64,000 nt of DNA from a virus. Below are positions 26,637 to 36,189 of this stretch, piece after piece. Each line of letters begins with the position of its first letter. Position 1 is the first letter of the stretch. The position numbers and the translations under genes were made by a program. The stretch lies in IMG/VR virus record IMGVR_UViG_3300027806_000003, positions 15,355-79,354 of that record; one strand, given 5' to 3'. The notes under the pieces were generated by a model that was not told the origin of the DNA, searched no databases, and worked only from the letters and a program-made list of their open reading frames with translations.

Positions 26637-27077
26637 ATGCCCAGGTATCACATCCACACCGTCATCGACGGCCGCCGCAAGATCGCCAAGCTCGATGCAC
26701 CCTCCGAGGCCGCCGCCCGCGATCAGGCCACCCGCGCGGGCCTGATCATCAACGCCATCGAGCTCGCTCCCGAGCCGCCCCAGCCCGCCAGCCAGCCCGC
26801 GCCGGAACCGCTCATCACGCCCGCCTCGGCGCCTCCGCACGATGCTGCCATCGCCGATCTCCTCGCCCGCATCCACGCGGATCTTGTCGTGCTCAAGGCC
26901 CACACAGCTTTCCTCGAGCCCATCGCCCGGTGCGAACTTCTCCGGCGTCCAAACTTCACGCTCATCGCCACCGTCTGCCTGGGCATCTTCTTCGGCGTGG
27001 TCTTCCTGCTGGTCGTGGCGTTCTTCGTGCTCCTGTTCTTTAACCAGGTCGGTCGTTTCACCCGCACCGGCGGCTGA
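26637..27077 (+). CDS. Membrane protein with PilC/GspF N-terminus-like segment
   Basis: MPRYHI...G....AKLDAPSEAAARDQATRAGL plus a C-terminal TM helix. Confidence 0.6.
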   Translation: MPRYHIHTVIDGRRKIAKLDAPSEAAARDQATRAGLIINAIELAPEPPQPASQPAPEPLITPASAPPHDAAIADLLARIHADLVVLKAHTAFLEPIARCELLRRPNFTLIATVCLGIFFGVVFLLVVAFFVLLFFNQVGRFTRTGG

Positions 27078-27106
27078 CACCCACCCGCCGACCGCACCAA
27101 CCACCC

Positions 27107-27595
27107 TTATTTGACCATTTGACCATTTGACCATTTGGCTCTTCGCCTCCGCCCCACCCTCCACCACCGGTCCAGGTTCGTCACCGCCCACAGCGTGACC
27201 CTGACCGCTCGCTTGAGCGGAATCACGCATCCGCACCCGGGCACCTTCGGCGCCAGCGGCGTGCTGATCTTGCCCTGGCTCCAAAGCTCCAGCCGTTGCC
27301 ACATCGGCGATCCCCGCGTCCGCACACGCACGCTCACACGCCCGATCGTGATCGGCGTGCTGACCACGCCCTTGGCATCCGGATGGCGGCCCTCGGGGCA
27401 AGGCAGGCCGTAGACCGTGTGCTCGTCCACCGTGTACCCCGACCGCGAGCACACGCCGGCATCGGCGTGCTCGCCGGTCTGCCGCATGTTCGGGCACGCC
27501 GCGCAGATGACCGCTCGCGTCACCGTCTGTCCGTCGCGCTTCGCGCCGTTGCGACACGCGATCGTGCCCTTTGTCTGTCCGCATCCGCAGGTCAT
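27107..27595 (-). CDS. Cys-rich protein, last gene of the late operon
   Basis: MTCGCG..CAACP..CPEG..GCGC; ATGA overlap. Confidence 0.65.
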   Translation of the reverse strand: MTCGCGQTKGTIACRNGAKRDGQTVTRAVICAACPNMRQTGEHADAGVCSRSGYTVDEHTVYGLPCPEGRHPDAKGVVSTPITIGRVSVRVRTRGSPMWQRLELWSQGKISTPLAPKVPGCGCVIPLKRAVRVTLWAVTNLDRWWRVGRRRRAKWSNGQMVK

Positions 27596-28512
27596 GGAAG
27601 GTTCCCTCCTCCGCCGATAATGCCGCGGCACTCTGGCGTGTCGGTAAAGTACGCTTTGGGGTTCCTTCGGTCGCCAGAGCCTGGTGCGCTGAACTGCTTG
27701 AACCCAGAAGATTCGGCTTCGTCAAACTCGCCATTACCAAGATTGAGACGCTGAAGCCTGTAGTACGCGGAGCGTCGGCAGTCAAAGAACGCCCGAACGA
27801 TGTCCACTTCGCACGCCCCGCACGCCAAGATGTCAGGCGGCGGGGGCTGCCTGCCAAAGCAAGAAAAGAACCCGCTGAATGGGCCGTTGGGGTATGGTTC
27901 GGAGGCGAAGCAGTTGAAGGGTTGCGGCGTTACTTGGCTCACCGTCGTGGTGGTGCCGCTAACCGGGTCTGTCCTGATGCGAGTTAGCGTGGCGGAGCCC
28001 GACCATTCACAGCAGTCTCCGGGGGTCGCGTTAGGCCGCTGCGACCACGTGACATTGCTCTCGAAGATTTGCTCTTCAACCGTCTCGCCGCCGGCTCGAA
28101 CGGATCGACTCTTGAAGGTCCATCGCATCCGCGCGGTCATGCCTGCAATCTGGCACTCGTCGGTCGGAATAAGGTATGTGCCAGGCGGCGCGTTTGGGTC
28201 GATCGGATTCGGATCGTCGATCATCCTGCACAGAAATGGACAGCAACAATTCGCACACACCGCGTTTGTGCCAACATCGGCACATCGGGCTATCTGTTCT
28301 CCCTGCGGCTGAAATGGAAGCGGACAACCTGTGCCATACTCCGGACCTCGGGGTGCCGACGGGTCGAACCACGGCGGCGGGCCGCCCGGCCCCCACGGCG
28401 GCTCGCCATTCCACCCATCACCGCAGCAGTTCGGCGGCGGCGGACACGCGCCGGTGTACAGCTTGCCCGCGGCCGTCGTGATGATCTTGCCGTTATCGAG
28501 CTGGTAGATCAT
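27592..28512 (-). CDS. Cys/Pro-rich putative tail-tip or host-range protein
   Basis: Many Cys incl. CC and CCC; lower GC than neighbours; at the end of the tail operon. Confidence 0.6.
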   Translation of the reverse strand: MIYQLDNGKIITTAAGKLYTGACPPPPNCCGDGWNGEPPWGPGGPPPWFDPSAPRGPEYGTGCPLPFQPQGEQIARCADVGTNAVCANCCCPFLCRMIDDPNPIDPNAPPGTYLIPTDECQIAGMTARMRWTFKSRSVRAGGETVEEQIFESNVTWSQRPNATPGDCCEWSGSATLTRIRTDPVSGTTTTVSQVTPQPFNCFASEPYPNGPFSGFFSCFGRQPPPPDILACGACEVDIVRAFFDCRRSAYYRLQRLNLGNGEFDEAESSGFKQFSAPGSGDRRNPKAYFTDTPECRGIIGGGGNLP

Positions 28513-29735
28513 GTCGGCCCCGGCGCGGGCTCAGGCTCGCAGACCTGGACTTCGAGCCGCTCTTGGATGAGCAGGTACCAGCCAAGGCCTCCGTCGCCGT
28601 TGTCGTCCCGAATGCACAGCGCGCGAGCGCCGACGATCGCTGGCACGATGATGCCGTCGGGCATCACCGGTGTCCCCCAATGCGGCCGCACGTTCGTGAG
28701 GGTCTGGTCGGTGCCGCGGATCTTCACCGAGTAGTTGACCGACGAGACGACCGTCGGCTCCGTCGCGCTCGCCGCGGTGATCTCGCCGATGAGAATGTTT
28801 GGCGTCGGGCGCTCGAACGCGAACAGCGTCTCGCCGGTCGTCGTTCGCTGGGGCCACGCGTGCACGATCGTTCCGGGTCGGACCTGCTCGAGCCACTCGT
28901 TCTCTCGATGCGTGGTGTCGGTGTGTGTGGCTTCGAGCAGGTTGATCGCGCGATACGGCTGGAAGTCGGCCGAGGTGATCCCTCCCGGCTTCGCCACCCA
29001 CGTGCCGAAGTCGGGGCTCTCGGGGTCAGTGTCCCAGGCGACCTGCGTGAAGTGATACAGGTAGCGGTACTGCCTGGTCTCTGCCGGGTCTGAGCCCGGC
29101 ACTTCCCACGGCTCGGCGTTGTCGATACGAATCGTGATCGGCCCCGCCGGCAAGGGGCCGAGGTGCAGCATGGCCCACAGCGGGAGTGGTTCTTCCGGCG
29201 TGCCGTGCCCAGGCTCTTCGTCGCCGCTGAAGCCGGCTTCCGCCGCGATGATGGTGAACTCGCCGACCTCGCCGGCATGCAGCGTGCGCGACCCGGCGCG
29301 GAGGCTCGCACGACTCTGGCCCTCGCGCGTGATGATCACCAGCGCCGGGACCATCCCGTGGACGACGACCGGGCCGACCGCTCCCGGCAGGATGGGCCTG
29401 GCGGCGATGCATGTGCGGCCTACATGGGTCTCCGCCGGCTCGATGAGCCTCATGACGGGGCGGGTCTGGAACAGGTTCGCCGATGGATCGACCAGGTCAT
29501 CCTCGCCGACTCGGGCCGGCTCCCAGCACGGGCCGCCGAGTGCCATCGCCTGGCCCTTCTCGATCAGCGTGGCCGTGGTGTTGAGCGCGGCGAGCACGCG
29601 GGGCCGCTCTGTGGAGTCTTCGGTAGTTTGGCCGAGGGTGCGAGACTCCGCGGCCGCGGCGGCTTGCTGCCAGCGGTTGAGGGTGCTTGCCTTGAGCCTG
29701 ACATTCTCGCCGGATTGGAAGATCCGTTCGGCCAT
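28509..29735 (-). CDS. Putative tail protein
   Basis: Second gene after tape measure; coupled overlaps. Confidence 0.6.
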   Translation of the reverse strand: MAERIFQSGENVRLKASTLNRWQQAAAAAESRTLGQTTEDSTERPRVLAALNTTATLIEKGQAMALGGPCWEPARVGEDDLVDPSANLFQTRPVMRLIEPAETHVGRTCIAARPILPGAVGPVVVHGMVPALVIITREGQSRASLRAGSRTLHAGEVGEFTIIAAEAGFSGDEEPGHGTPEEPLPLWAMLHLGPLPAGPITIRIDNAEPWEVPGSDPAETRQYRYLYHFTQVAWDTDPESPDFGTWVAKPGGITSADFQPYRAINLLEATHTDTTHRENEWLEQVRPGTIVHAWPQRTTTGETLFAFERPTPNILIGEITAASATEPTVVSSVNYSVKIRGTDQTLTNVRPHWGTPVMPDGIIVPAIVGARALCIRDDNGDGGLGWYLLIQERLEVQVCEPEPAPGPT

Positions 29736-30568
29736 CAGGGCTCCGGGAGATCGAGCGCCGCAAACGAGACTTCGTCGTACACGCGGTCGATGTGTGCAAG
29801 GTCGGGGATCTTCCGAAGACGGCCGCTGGCGTCGGGAACGTCTCGGTACTGCACCGAGAGATAGTGCCAGCCCTTCTTTCCCGGTATGTTGATGAACTCG
29901 CCTGGCGGCGCTCCAGCGTTGATGACGAATGCGTCCTTGTTCTCAGAGATCGCAAACTGGGAGACGATCTCATAGTCGCCATTGGCGATTCGCGGCTCCC
30001 CGCGCGAGCCAAGGAACAGCACCTCGCCTGGCTCGAAGCCGCGGAAGTTGTCTGAGTTCACTTTGAACGCGTTCCGGTTGATCGTCCGGAGCCACGCCGT
30101 TGTGATGGAGCCGACCGGCTTGAACCCCCGCTCGGTCAGGATCCCGTTGCCCGTTGGAACGGACACGCCCTGGGGCACGCCGTTCTCGTCGATGTTGAGC
30201 GCGCCGCCCGTCAGTGTGCTGACCCCGCCCGCGTTGCCCCAAGAGCCAATGTGCTCGAGCGAGTAGGTCAGGAGGACTTCGCTCCGCTGAGTCTCGAAGG
30301 ACTGGAAGAAGTCGGTCGTCTGTGGCTGAACGCGGATCGAACCGCCGGAAGTGGAGCCCCAGGTAACTCGGCCCTCGTAGACGCCGACTGTGACCGGGCG
30401 GATGATCGGATCGCCTCGCCTCAGCCGCCCAAGGTTGGCGGGGGTGTTGGCTACCAGGTGTGCGAGAACGGTGTCGGGGTTCGTTTCACCGCGCAGAATG
30501 TACAGCCGGCTCTGTTGGGCAGTGCCTTGCTCAAACCCGCCGCCGACCTCAATCATTTCGATGGGCAT
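29735..30568 (-). CDS. Putative distal tail/hub protein
   Basis: Beta-rich, directly after tape measure; VNSDNFRGFEPGEVLFLG and KKGWHYL motifs. Confidence 0.65.
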   Translation of the reverse strand: MPIEMIEVGGGFEQGTAQQSRLYILRGETNPDTVLAHLVANTPANLGRLRRGDPIIRPVTVGVYEGRVTWGSTSGGSIRVQPQTTDFFQSFETQRSEVLLTYSLEHIGSWGNAGGVSTLTGGALNIDENGVPQGVSVPTGNGILTERGFKPVGSITTAWLRTINRNAFKVNSDNFRGFEPGEVLFLGSRGEPRIANGDYEIVSQFAISENKDAFVINAGAPPGEFINIPGKKGWHYLSVQYRDVPDASGRLRKIPDLAHIDRVYDEVSFAALDLPEP

Positions 30569-30571
30569 GGC

Positions 30572-32602
30572 TTATCCCAGGTTCAGGTAACCGGGCTCCA
30601 TCCGCTCGACGGCTCGCTGGATGCTCGAGATCTTGCTGTCGATCCGCTCGAGGACCTGGCCGGTCGGTCCGCCGCGGAGGCCCGCCAGGGCCGTGTCGGT
30701 CAGGTTGAATGCACCGCGGACCCCGCCGAACTGAGAGATCGCCTCGAAGGCCTCGCCGATGCTCTCCATCGCGGCCTTGACCTTCGGCGCTGCCGCTTCT
30801 GGGCCGAAGGGATTCGCACCGCCGGCCTCGTACCAGGCGGCAAACGCGTCGGCCTGGGCCTTGGCTCGCGACTCCTCTAGGCCTGCACGTGCAGCGTCAA
30901 TTTCCTTTTGCAACGCGTCGATTGGCGACTGAAGTATCGACCCGAAGTCCTTGCCGATCGCCTCGATCATCTGCTTGCGATAGCCCTCCTGGGCGTTGTA
31001 GTTCTCGAGGTACTGCCTACCCGCGTCGCCGAACAGTCCCTCCGCTCGCAGATCCCGCTCCGCGATCGTGTTCTCAAGACTTGCGTTGTGGCGCTTTTGC
31101 CAACGTACCAGCCACGAGTCGGTACTGAATGCTTCTCTGGCTCTGTTCCACCGAACGCTAGGATCCATTCCCGCGAGCCCTTCAAGCCCAGCACCGATCG
31201 CGAAGTACGCGCCGGCGATCGAGTCACCCACGAACTCAGCGGCGTTGACCAGCGGCGTCGCGACTCCCTTGTTCAAATCGAGCCGTGCATCCAAAAACTC
31301 AGCGTCTATCCGGTTGGCCAGCCCCGCGATTCCCTTGGCTCCAGCGGACTCGCCGTACTGATCCGGCGCTATCGTGGCGGCGACGGCGCTCGTCGCGCTC
31401 GCCATGAGCTTTGCGAGGGTCTCGCCGATCCAGGTGAAGAGGTTCTGAAATGCCTGCGCGATGCTCTTTGCCGCGGTCAGGAACGCCATCTGGAGAGAAT
31501 TCGCTGCGATCTTCCCCGCCGTCTCCATGTCTCCGCTCTGCATCGCCTTCGTGAGATCGTCGAGCACGCCCTTCGTCGCTGTCCAGGCATCACCGATCAT
31601 TTCGCCCGCTGCTCGGAGTGCTTCGCTCGGACCAACGGTGAAGGAGACGACCGCCGCGGCCAGTCCGACAACGGCTCCCGTTACGAGCACGATCGGGCTC
31701 GCGAGCAGGCCGATGCCGATGGCAGCTGCCTTGGCGGCGATCGCCAAGGTCACGAGTGCTGAACCAAGGACCACTGCGCCCGCTGCTGTTGCGCCCAGCG
31801 CCATGATGACCGCGGGGTTGGCGGAGACGAAGTTGCCGAACTGCGCGATCAGCGGCGTGATCGTCTCCAGCGCGACCGTCATCGCGGGGGCGAAGGCCTC
31901 GCCGATCTTCTGGCTCGTACGAGCGATCGAGGCTTCGAGCTCATCGAACCGGTCGGCAAGCGCTGCGCCAGCCCTGGCGGTGCTCGTGCTCATCGTCAGC
32001 CCGAGCTCCCGCGCCCGCGCCCGCATGTCCTGAAGCCCCTTGGCCCCGCGGTCCAGAAGTGGTATCAGGCTCGCGCCTGAGCGGCCGAAGATGCCCATCG
32101 CCGCGGCGGTCTTCTGCGCCGGGTCCTGGATCGCGGCGATCGCGTCGGCGATGACCTCAAACTGGCGGTCTGGGTGCAGGCCCTGCAGCTGCTCAATCGT
32201 CAGCCCCAGATCCTCGAGCGCTCCGACAGACCCGGCGTCGCCCTGCATCGCGCCGGCCAGGACACGCTGCATCCTGGCAACGCTGCTGGTCAGGTCGCTT
32301 ATCTCGAGGTTCGCCTGCTGGACGCCGAGCTTCAGCTCGCTGATCGCCTCGACGGACATGCCCGTCTTTGTCGCCATGGTGTCGATGTCATCGGCGCTGT
32401 TGGCGAACAGCTTCGCCATGGTCGCGAGGCCTCCCAGGGCTGCGCCGCCGAGAGCGATGCTCGCGCCGCCGATCTTGCCGACCGACGCCGCGAAGGAGTT
32501 GAGTCGCTTCTCAGCGTTCGACATCGCCCGGTGAAACTTCTCGTCACGTGCGCCAAGCTCCACGAACGCGCGCCCAGCTCGGATGGCGGCTGCCACACTC
32601 AT
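30572..32602 (-). CDS. Tail tape measure protein
   Basis: IRAGRAFVEL start, AM.IFGRSGASLIPLL motif, Ala/Gly helical. Confidence 0.9.
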   Translation of the reverse strand: MSVAAAIRAGRAFVELGARDEKFHRAMSNAEKRLNSFAASVGKIGGASIALGGAALGGLATMAKLFANSADDIDTMATKTGMSVEAISELKLGVQQANLEISDLTSSVARMQRVLAGAMQGDAGSVGALEDLGLTIEQLQGLHPDRQFEVIADAIAAIQDPAQKTAAAMGIFGRSGASLIPLLDRGAKGLQDMRARARELGLTMSTSTARAGAALADRFDELEASIARTSQKIGEAFAPAMTVALETITPLIAQFGNFVSANPAVIMALGATAAGAVVLGSALVTLAIAAKAAAIGIGLLASPIVLVTGAVVGLAAAVVSFTVGPSEALRAAGEMIGDAWTATKGVLDDLTKAMQSGDMETAGKIAANSLQMAFLTAAKSIAQAFQNLFTWIGETLAKLMASATSAVAATIAPDQYGESAGAKGIAGLANRIDAEFLDARLDLNKGVATPLVNAAEFVGDSIAGAYFAIGAGLEGLAGMDPSVRWNRAREAFSTDSWLVRWQKRHNASLENTIAERDLRAEGLFGDAGRQYLENYNAQEGYRKQMIEAIGKDFGSILQSPIDALQKEIDAARAGLEESRAKAQADAFAAWYEAGGANPFGPEAAAPKVKAAMESIGEAFEAISQFGGVRGAFNLTDTALAGLRGGPTGQVLERIDSKISSIQRAVERMEPGYLNLG

Positions 32603-33171
32603 CGGAGATCTCCGGTCTTACGCAACGCGTCCTGCCACGCCTGGCGAAGCCCAGCGAGGCCCTTGCCGAACGCCGGCCGCATGAAGGGCCGTGCCGCCAT
32701 GGTCCTGGTCTTCTTCACCCAGCGCCCCTGGGTCTGCCACGTCGAACCGTCCGACCGAATCCTGACGCGGCCGGGTTCGAAGGTTCGGAACCGCACCGTT
32801 CCGCCGAACTCGAGGACCTCTGGAGCGCCCGTCGGCTTGTTCGTTCGGGCAGGGCCGATGATGATGCTGCCCGTCGCGCGGTCGTACGAGAAGAAGACAA
32901 ACTTCCGCAGGAGCGAGTTGGGATCACGGACGAAGGGCGGGTTGCCCGGCGCGCTGTACTCGGTCTCGTCGCTCCAGTTGACGACGCCCTCGATCTCCTG
33001 CCGAATGAGCTTCTTCCGCCGAGTCTTCAGCAGCTTGCGGGCCTGCTGCCGCACGTTCCCGCCGAGGGCGAACAGCGCGCGGTACCGGGCCTCGTTCATC
33101 GACGTGATGATGTCCTTCCGGTTGAAGAAGCCGGCCTTCATGCCCTTGATGGTCGCGGTCGGGGTGATCAT
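32599..33171 (-). CDS. Neck/tail completion protein (HK97 gp10-like)
   Basis: SAPGNPP, LEFGGT and ARPFMRPAF motifs. Confidence 0.75.
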   Translation of the reverse strand: MITPTATIKGMKAGFFNRKDIITSMNEARYRALFALGGNVRQQARKLLKTRRKKLIRQEIEGVVNWSDETEYSAPGNPPFVRDPNSLLRKFVFFSYDRATGSIIIGPARTNKPTGAPEVLEFGGTVRFRTFEPGRVRIRSDGSTWQTQGRWVKKTRTMAARPFMRPAFGKGLAGLRQAWQDALRKTGDLR

Positions 33172-33386
33172 CGGTCGTCGCGGTGCTGCTTGCGATGCTC
33201 TTCGAGAAGGCTCAGTCGGGTCTCGTGGCCGTGCAGACGATCCTCGAGCTTTTCAATGGTCCTGGACAACTCGCGCACGTCCGCGCCGAGTCGCTGAATG
33301 GTCGACATCAGACGCCCAATGCCGATCAAGATTCCGGCCGCGGACATCAGGATGGTCAGGAGCGTGAGCCCGTTGTCGAGAGTCAT
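33168..33386 (-). CDS. Small TM + coiled-coil protein (holin-like)
   Basis: One N-terminal TM, then HETRLSLLE coiled coil. Confidence 0.5.
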   Translation of the reverse strand: MTLDNGLTLLTILMSAAGILIGIGRLMSTIQRLGADVRELSRTIEKLEDRLHGHETRLSLLEEHRKQHRDDR

Positions 33387-34147
33387 GCTTTGGGATCCGT
33401 TGCAGGTGATGAAGATGATGTCGGCGGCTGCATCGCCGCCAGCACTCGCATGAGCGCCGCGTTCTGTGCCGCGGCGGTTGCTTCGTCCCAAGCCTCGTCG
33501 GCGAGGCGCTTGCGGGCCAGCCCCTCGGCCAGGCCCTCGTCGTACGACTTGTCCGCTTGCTTCTGCCCGCGGCGAGTGATGCCGTACGCGCCAACGCCCG
33601 CAGCGCCGATACCCAGCAGGGTGCCGAGCCCGCTGAGGTTGACGCCGGCCTGACCGGCAGCTGCCTGGACGTATGGGTTGTCAGTGATGAACTTCAGGGC
33701 TGCCGCGCTCTGCTGGCGCTTGGTCTCGATCTCCGCCAGGGCGTTGTTTGCCACGGTCTCGATCGTCGTCAGACTCTGCTCCAGCCGCGCCTTGGCCGCC
33801 GCGGCATCGGCCACGCTCTGAGACACGGCCTGCTCCGTTTCGACGACAATCTGCTCCAGCTCGCTCTTGGCCTGAGCCTCACCAATGGCCACATCGCGGC
33901 GGACCTTCGACGCCCGCAACTCGGCCTGTGCGCGTGCCGCGAGGATGCGAGCCTCCGCCGCGTCCTGCTGCGCCTTGGCCTCGGCTTCCTTGGCCGCGGC
34001 CATCTGGTCCGACTTGATGCGGACCTGCGTTGCGGTGACCTGCTTCCCGGAGCCGTACGGGTCTTCGATCTTCGGTTCGAGGAATCCGCAGCCTGCGATG
34101 ATGAGCGCGATGGCGGCGACGACGATGGCGATCGGGGTGCTCTTCAT
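33383..34147 (-). CDS. Lipoprotein with coiled coil and C-proximal TM segment (spanin-like)
   Basis: Signal MKSTPIAIVVAAIALIIAG-C lipobox; LSGLGTLLGIGAAGVGAYGI. Confidence 0.6.
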   Translation of the reverse strand: MKSTPIAIVVAAIALIIAGCGFLEPKIEDPYGSGKQVTATQVRIKSDQMAAAKEAEAKAQQDAAEARILAARAQAELRASKVRRDVAIGEAQAKSELEQIVVETEQAVSQSVADAAAAKARLEQSLTTIETVANNALAEIETKRQQSAAALKFITDNPYVQAAAGQAGVNLSGLGTLLGIGAAGVGAYGITRRGQKQADKSYDEGLAEGLARKRLADEAWDEATAAAQNAALMRVLAAMQPPTSSSSPATDPKA

Positions 34148-34420
34148 AGTGTGGCTCTCTGAGCGAGGATCTGGAACTCGGCGGCGCTCACGCGAGAGTC
34201 GTCGGTTCCGTCGGTTTGAGGCATGAAGTCCGAGGGCTTGGTTCGGTTTCCGGCGAGGTTCGCCACCAAGCTCATGAGGCGTGCGGTCTGTCCGCAGTGG
34301 AACTGCGTGGCCCCCGCCCACATGGCGATCAGCTGCCATTCCTGGAGGCCGTCGAGGCTGTTGAGGCCGATGGCTCCGGCGATTTGCCAGGCGTTGATCC
34401 AGGCACAAGGTCGACGGCCA
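34144..34420 (-). CDS. Tail assembly chaperone T-part (likely reached by -1 frameshift)
   Basis: WQIAGAIG..LIAM.AG..TARLMSLVAN..PSDFMP in the -1 frame, overlapping the chaperone 3' end; 5' boundary approximate. Confidence 0.5.
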
Positions 34421-34790
34421 GGCTCAGAACCTGGTCCGCCGCGCTCTGCGCCGCCTTCTCCTGAGCTTGGCGCACCTTTCGAATCTGCTTGGCCGCGGCG
34501 CGCAGGAACGCCCCGCGGCCCCCAACGAAATCCGCCAGTGCCTCCAGCAGGACCTCGGTGCCGGCCTCGATCCGCTCGAGGCTGTCGAACTTGGCGGCCC
34601 ACTCCTCCGGGGTGCACTTCGGCTGGCAGCAGATGTGGAGGATGGTCACGACCGCCTTGCTGTTGGCCAGCGTTTCGACGGTCGTTGCGGGTGCACCCAG
34701 GAGGTCGTAGCCGGCCTGCCGGATCTGATCGAGCAGGCCGAAGTGCAGTCGGAACTCGTAGCGCTCGTTGGCGATCGCGAAGGCTTGCAT
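34329..34790 (-). CDS. Tail assembly chaperone (gpG-like)
   Basis: Follows the tail tube gene; LLEALADF motif; GGAG RBS. Confidence 0.7.
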   Translation of the reverse strand: MQAFAIANERYEFRLHFGLLDQIRQAGYDLLGAPATTVETLANSKAVVTILHICCQPKCTPEEWAAKFDSLERIEAGTEVLLEALADFVGGRGAFLRAAAKQIRKVRQAQEKAAQSAADQVLSLAVDLVPGSTPGKSPEPSASTASTASRNGS

Positions 34791-34841
34791 GTGGCTCTCC
34801 GAAGGTCAGCGGCTGGGTGGGAGCGTGATCGACCTGGCGAC

Positions 34842-35282
34842 TCAGCCCGTCACGGTTGAGAAGTTGGGCGAGATCGTCGCGTGCGGCGTCGGCCGCAGGG
34901 TGATGGTGATCTGGACGGTCGTGTTGGCCTGCTCGGGCTGGCTGATGCCCTCGACCATGAATACGGCCTCGAAGACCACGGTGCCCACGATGGCGATGGC
35001 GTCCGTGGTGAACTTCAGATGCACCGACGTCTGATTGATGAACGCCGTTCGCAAAGCGATGTAGCTCGCGTCGTCCGGCTCGAGGTTCAGCACTATCGAC
35101 GCCGAGATGTCGATCTTGCCCGGGATGTACAGCGAGAACTTCGAGTCCCGGCTGCTCGCATCGACCGCCTGCCCGCTCAGCTGCAGCTCCGTCGAGACGA
35201 CGTTCTTGATGAGCGCGGGGGCGAGCGGATCGCCCGTCATCAGATAGACCTTGTGAAAGTCGCCGGTTCGCTTGGTTCCCAT
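34842..35282 (-). CDS. Major tail tube protein
   Basis: VDASSRDSKFSLYIPG (TP901-1/lambda tube-like). Confidence 0.8.
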   Translation of the reverse strand: MGTKRTGDFHKVYLMTGDPLAPALIKNVVSTELQLSGQAVDASSRDSKFSLYIPGKIDISASIVLNLEPDDASYIALRTAFINQTSVHLKFTTDAIAIVGTVVFEAVFMVEGISQPEQANTTVQITITLRPTPHATISPNFSTVTG

Positions 35283-35285
35283 GGG

Positions 35286-35762
35286 TCACTCCTGGTCGTG
35301 GTCGCTGGTGTGCACGCTGTAGCGTGCGAGGATGTTGATGAGCGCGACCGCCTGCGTCTCCCGCAGTGCGGTGTGCTCGATGGACCTGTCGCTCGTCGTT
35401 GCCTGCCACTCTGCGAGAATGCCGGGGCCGAGCGTCAGGTGCTTGCGTGTCAGTGCAGCACGAACATTGGCCGCGACGATCATCATCGCCTTGGCTTCCG
35501 CGAAGGTGTTCACCGCTCGGCGGATCACGGTCACGCCGACGCCGATCTCGTGGCGATCGCCATCGCGCGAGACCGGCTCGATCGTGTAGTCGGATGCGTA
35601 GACCAGCGTGATGACGTCGTTGTCGCGAACGTCGCGGACCACCGATGCCAAGGGCGCGGCGGCGGTCTGGACGATCAGGCCCAGGCCGTTGGTCTCCGGC
35701 GCGGTCTGCAGGAGCTCGGCGACCTCTTCGACGACCCGCGCATCAAGGGCGAGGCGGCTCAC
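35286..35762 (-). CDS. Tail terminator-like protein
   Basis: GTG after GGAGG; position before the tube gene. Confidence 0.6.
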   Translation of the reverse strand: MSRLALDARVVEEVAELLQTAPETNGLGLIVQTAAAPLASVVRDVRDNDVITLVYASDYTIEPVSRDGDRHEIGVGVTVIRRAVNTFAEAKAMMIVAANVRAALTRKHLTLGPGILAEWQATTSDRSIEHTALRETQAVALINILARYSVHTSDHDQE

Positions 35763-36139
35763 AGCGCACCTCCCGCGGCGGTGGTGCGGATGCGGATGCT
35801 CGTTCGATCGGCGGTCTGGTAGGACCAGGCGTCGAGGCCGGGCCGTGCGATCACGCGATAGATGACCGTCTGTCCGCCGACCGTGTCGCGGATCTGGTCG
35901 CCGGCCGCGGGGCGGAAGAGCGCGGCGCCGATCCTCAGATCCGCTGCGGTCACCGTCCAATCCTGGGTGCGAACCTCGACGACGACGTCGTCGTTGGTGA
36001 CGGCCTCGCCGCGGGTCTGACCTGGCATGGCCCGGACCGTGATCTGCTCGTTCGTCGCCGCGCGAATGTACACCACCTCACGCGAGAGGCTGGTCTCGCG
36101 GACGCGGTTCAGAACGGCTTGGCCCTGCTGAAGGATCAA
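35759..36139 (-). CDS. Head-tail joining protein (gpFII-like)
   Basis: D..V.AADL....RP.AGDQI...YRV pattern; start uncertain. Confidence 0.65.
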   Translation of the reverse strand: MILQQGQAVLNRVRETSLSREVVYIRAATNEQITVRAMPGQTRGEAVTNDDVVVEVRTQDWTVTAADLRIGAALFRPAAGDQIRDTVGGQTVIYRVIARPGLDAWSYQTADRTSIRIRTTAAGGAL

Positions 36140-36189
36140 ATCGGCCAGCCCGCCTGTCAGCGAGCCGGCCCGGAAGAGAGAGATCAGGA

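Larger units (their letters stand above)
1..27600. mobile_element. Temperate phage 1 (lambdoid, GpA terminase; tRNA-Asn integrating), incomplete at left edge
   Basis: Contiguous head, packaging, replication, integration and immunity genes. The right boundary is approximate and based on sequence style and repeat content. Confidence 0.85.

Noticed and set aside
34144-35409. 421-aa ORF as a single gene
   Set aside because: It overlaps the tail tube and chaperone genes out of frame; only the last roughly 90 codons appear real.
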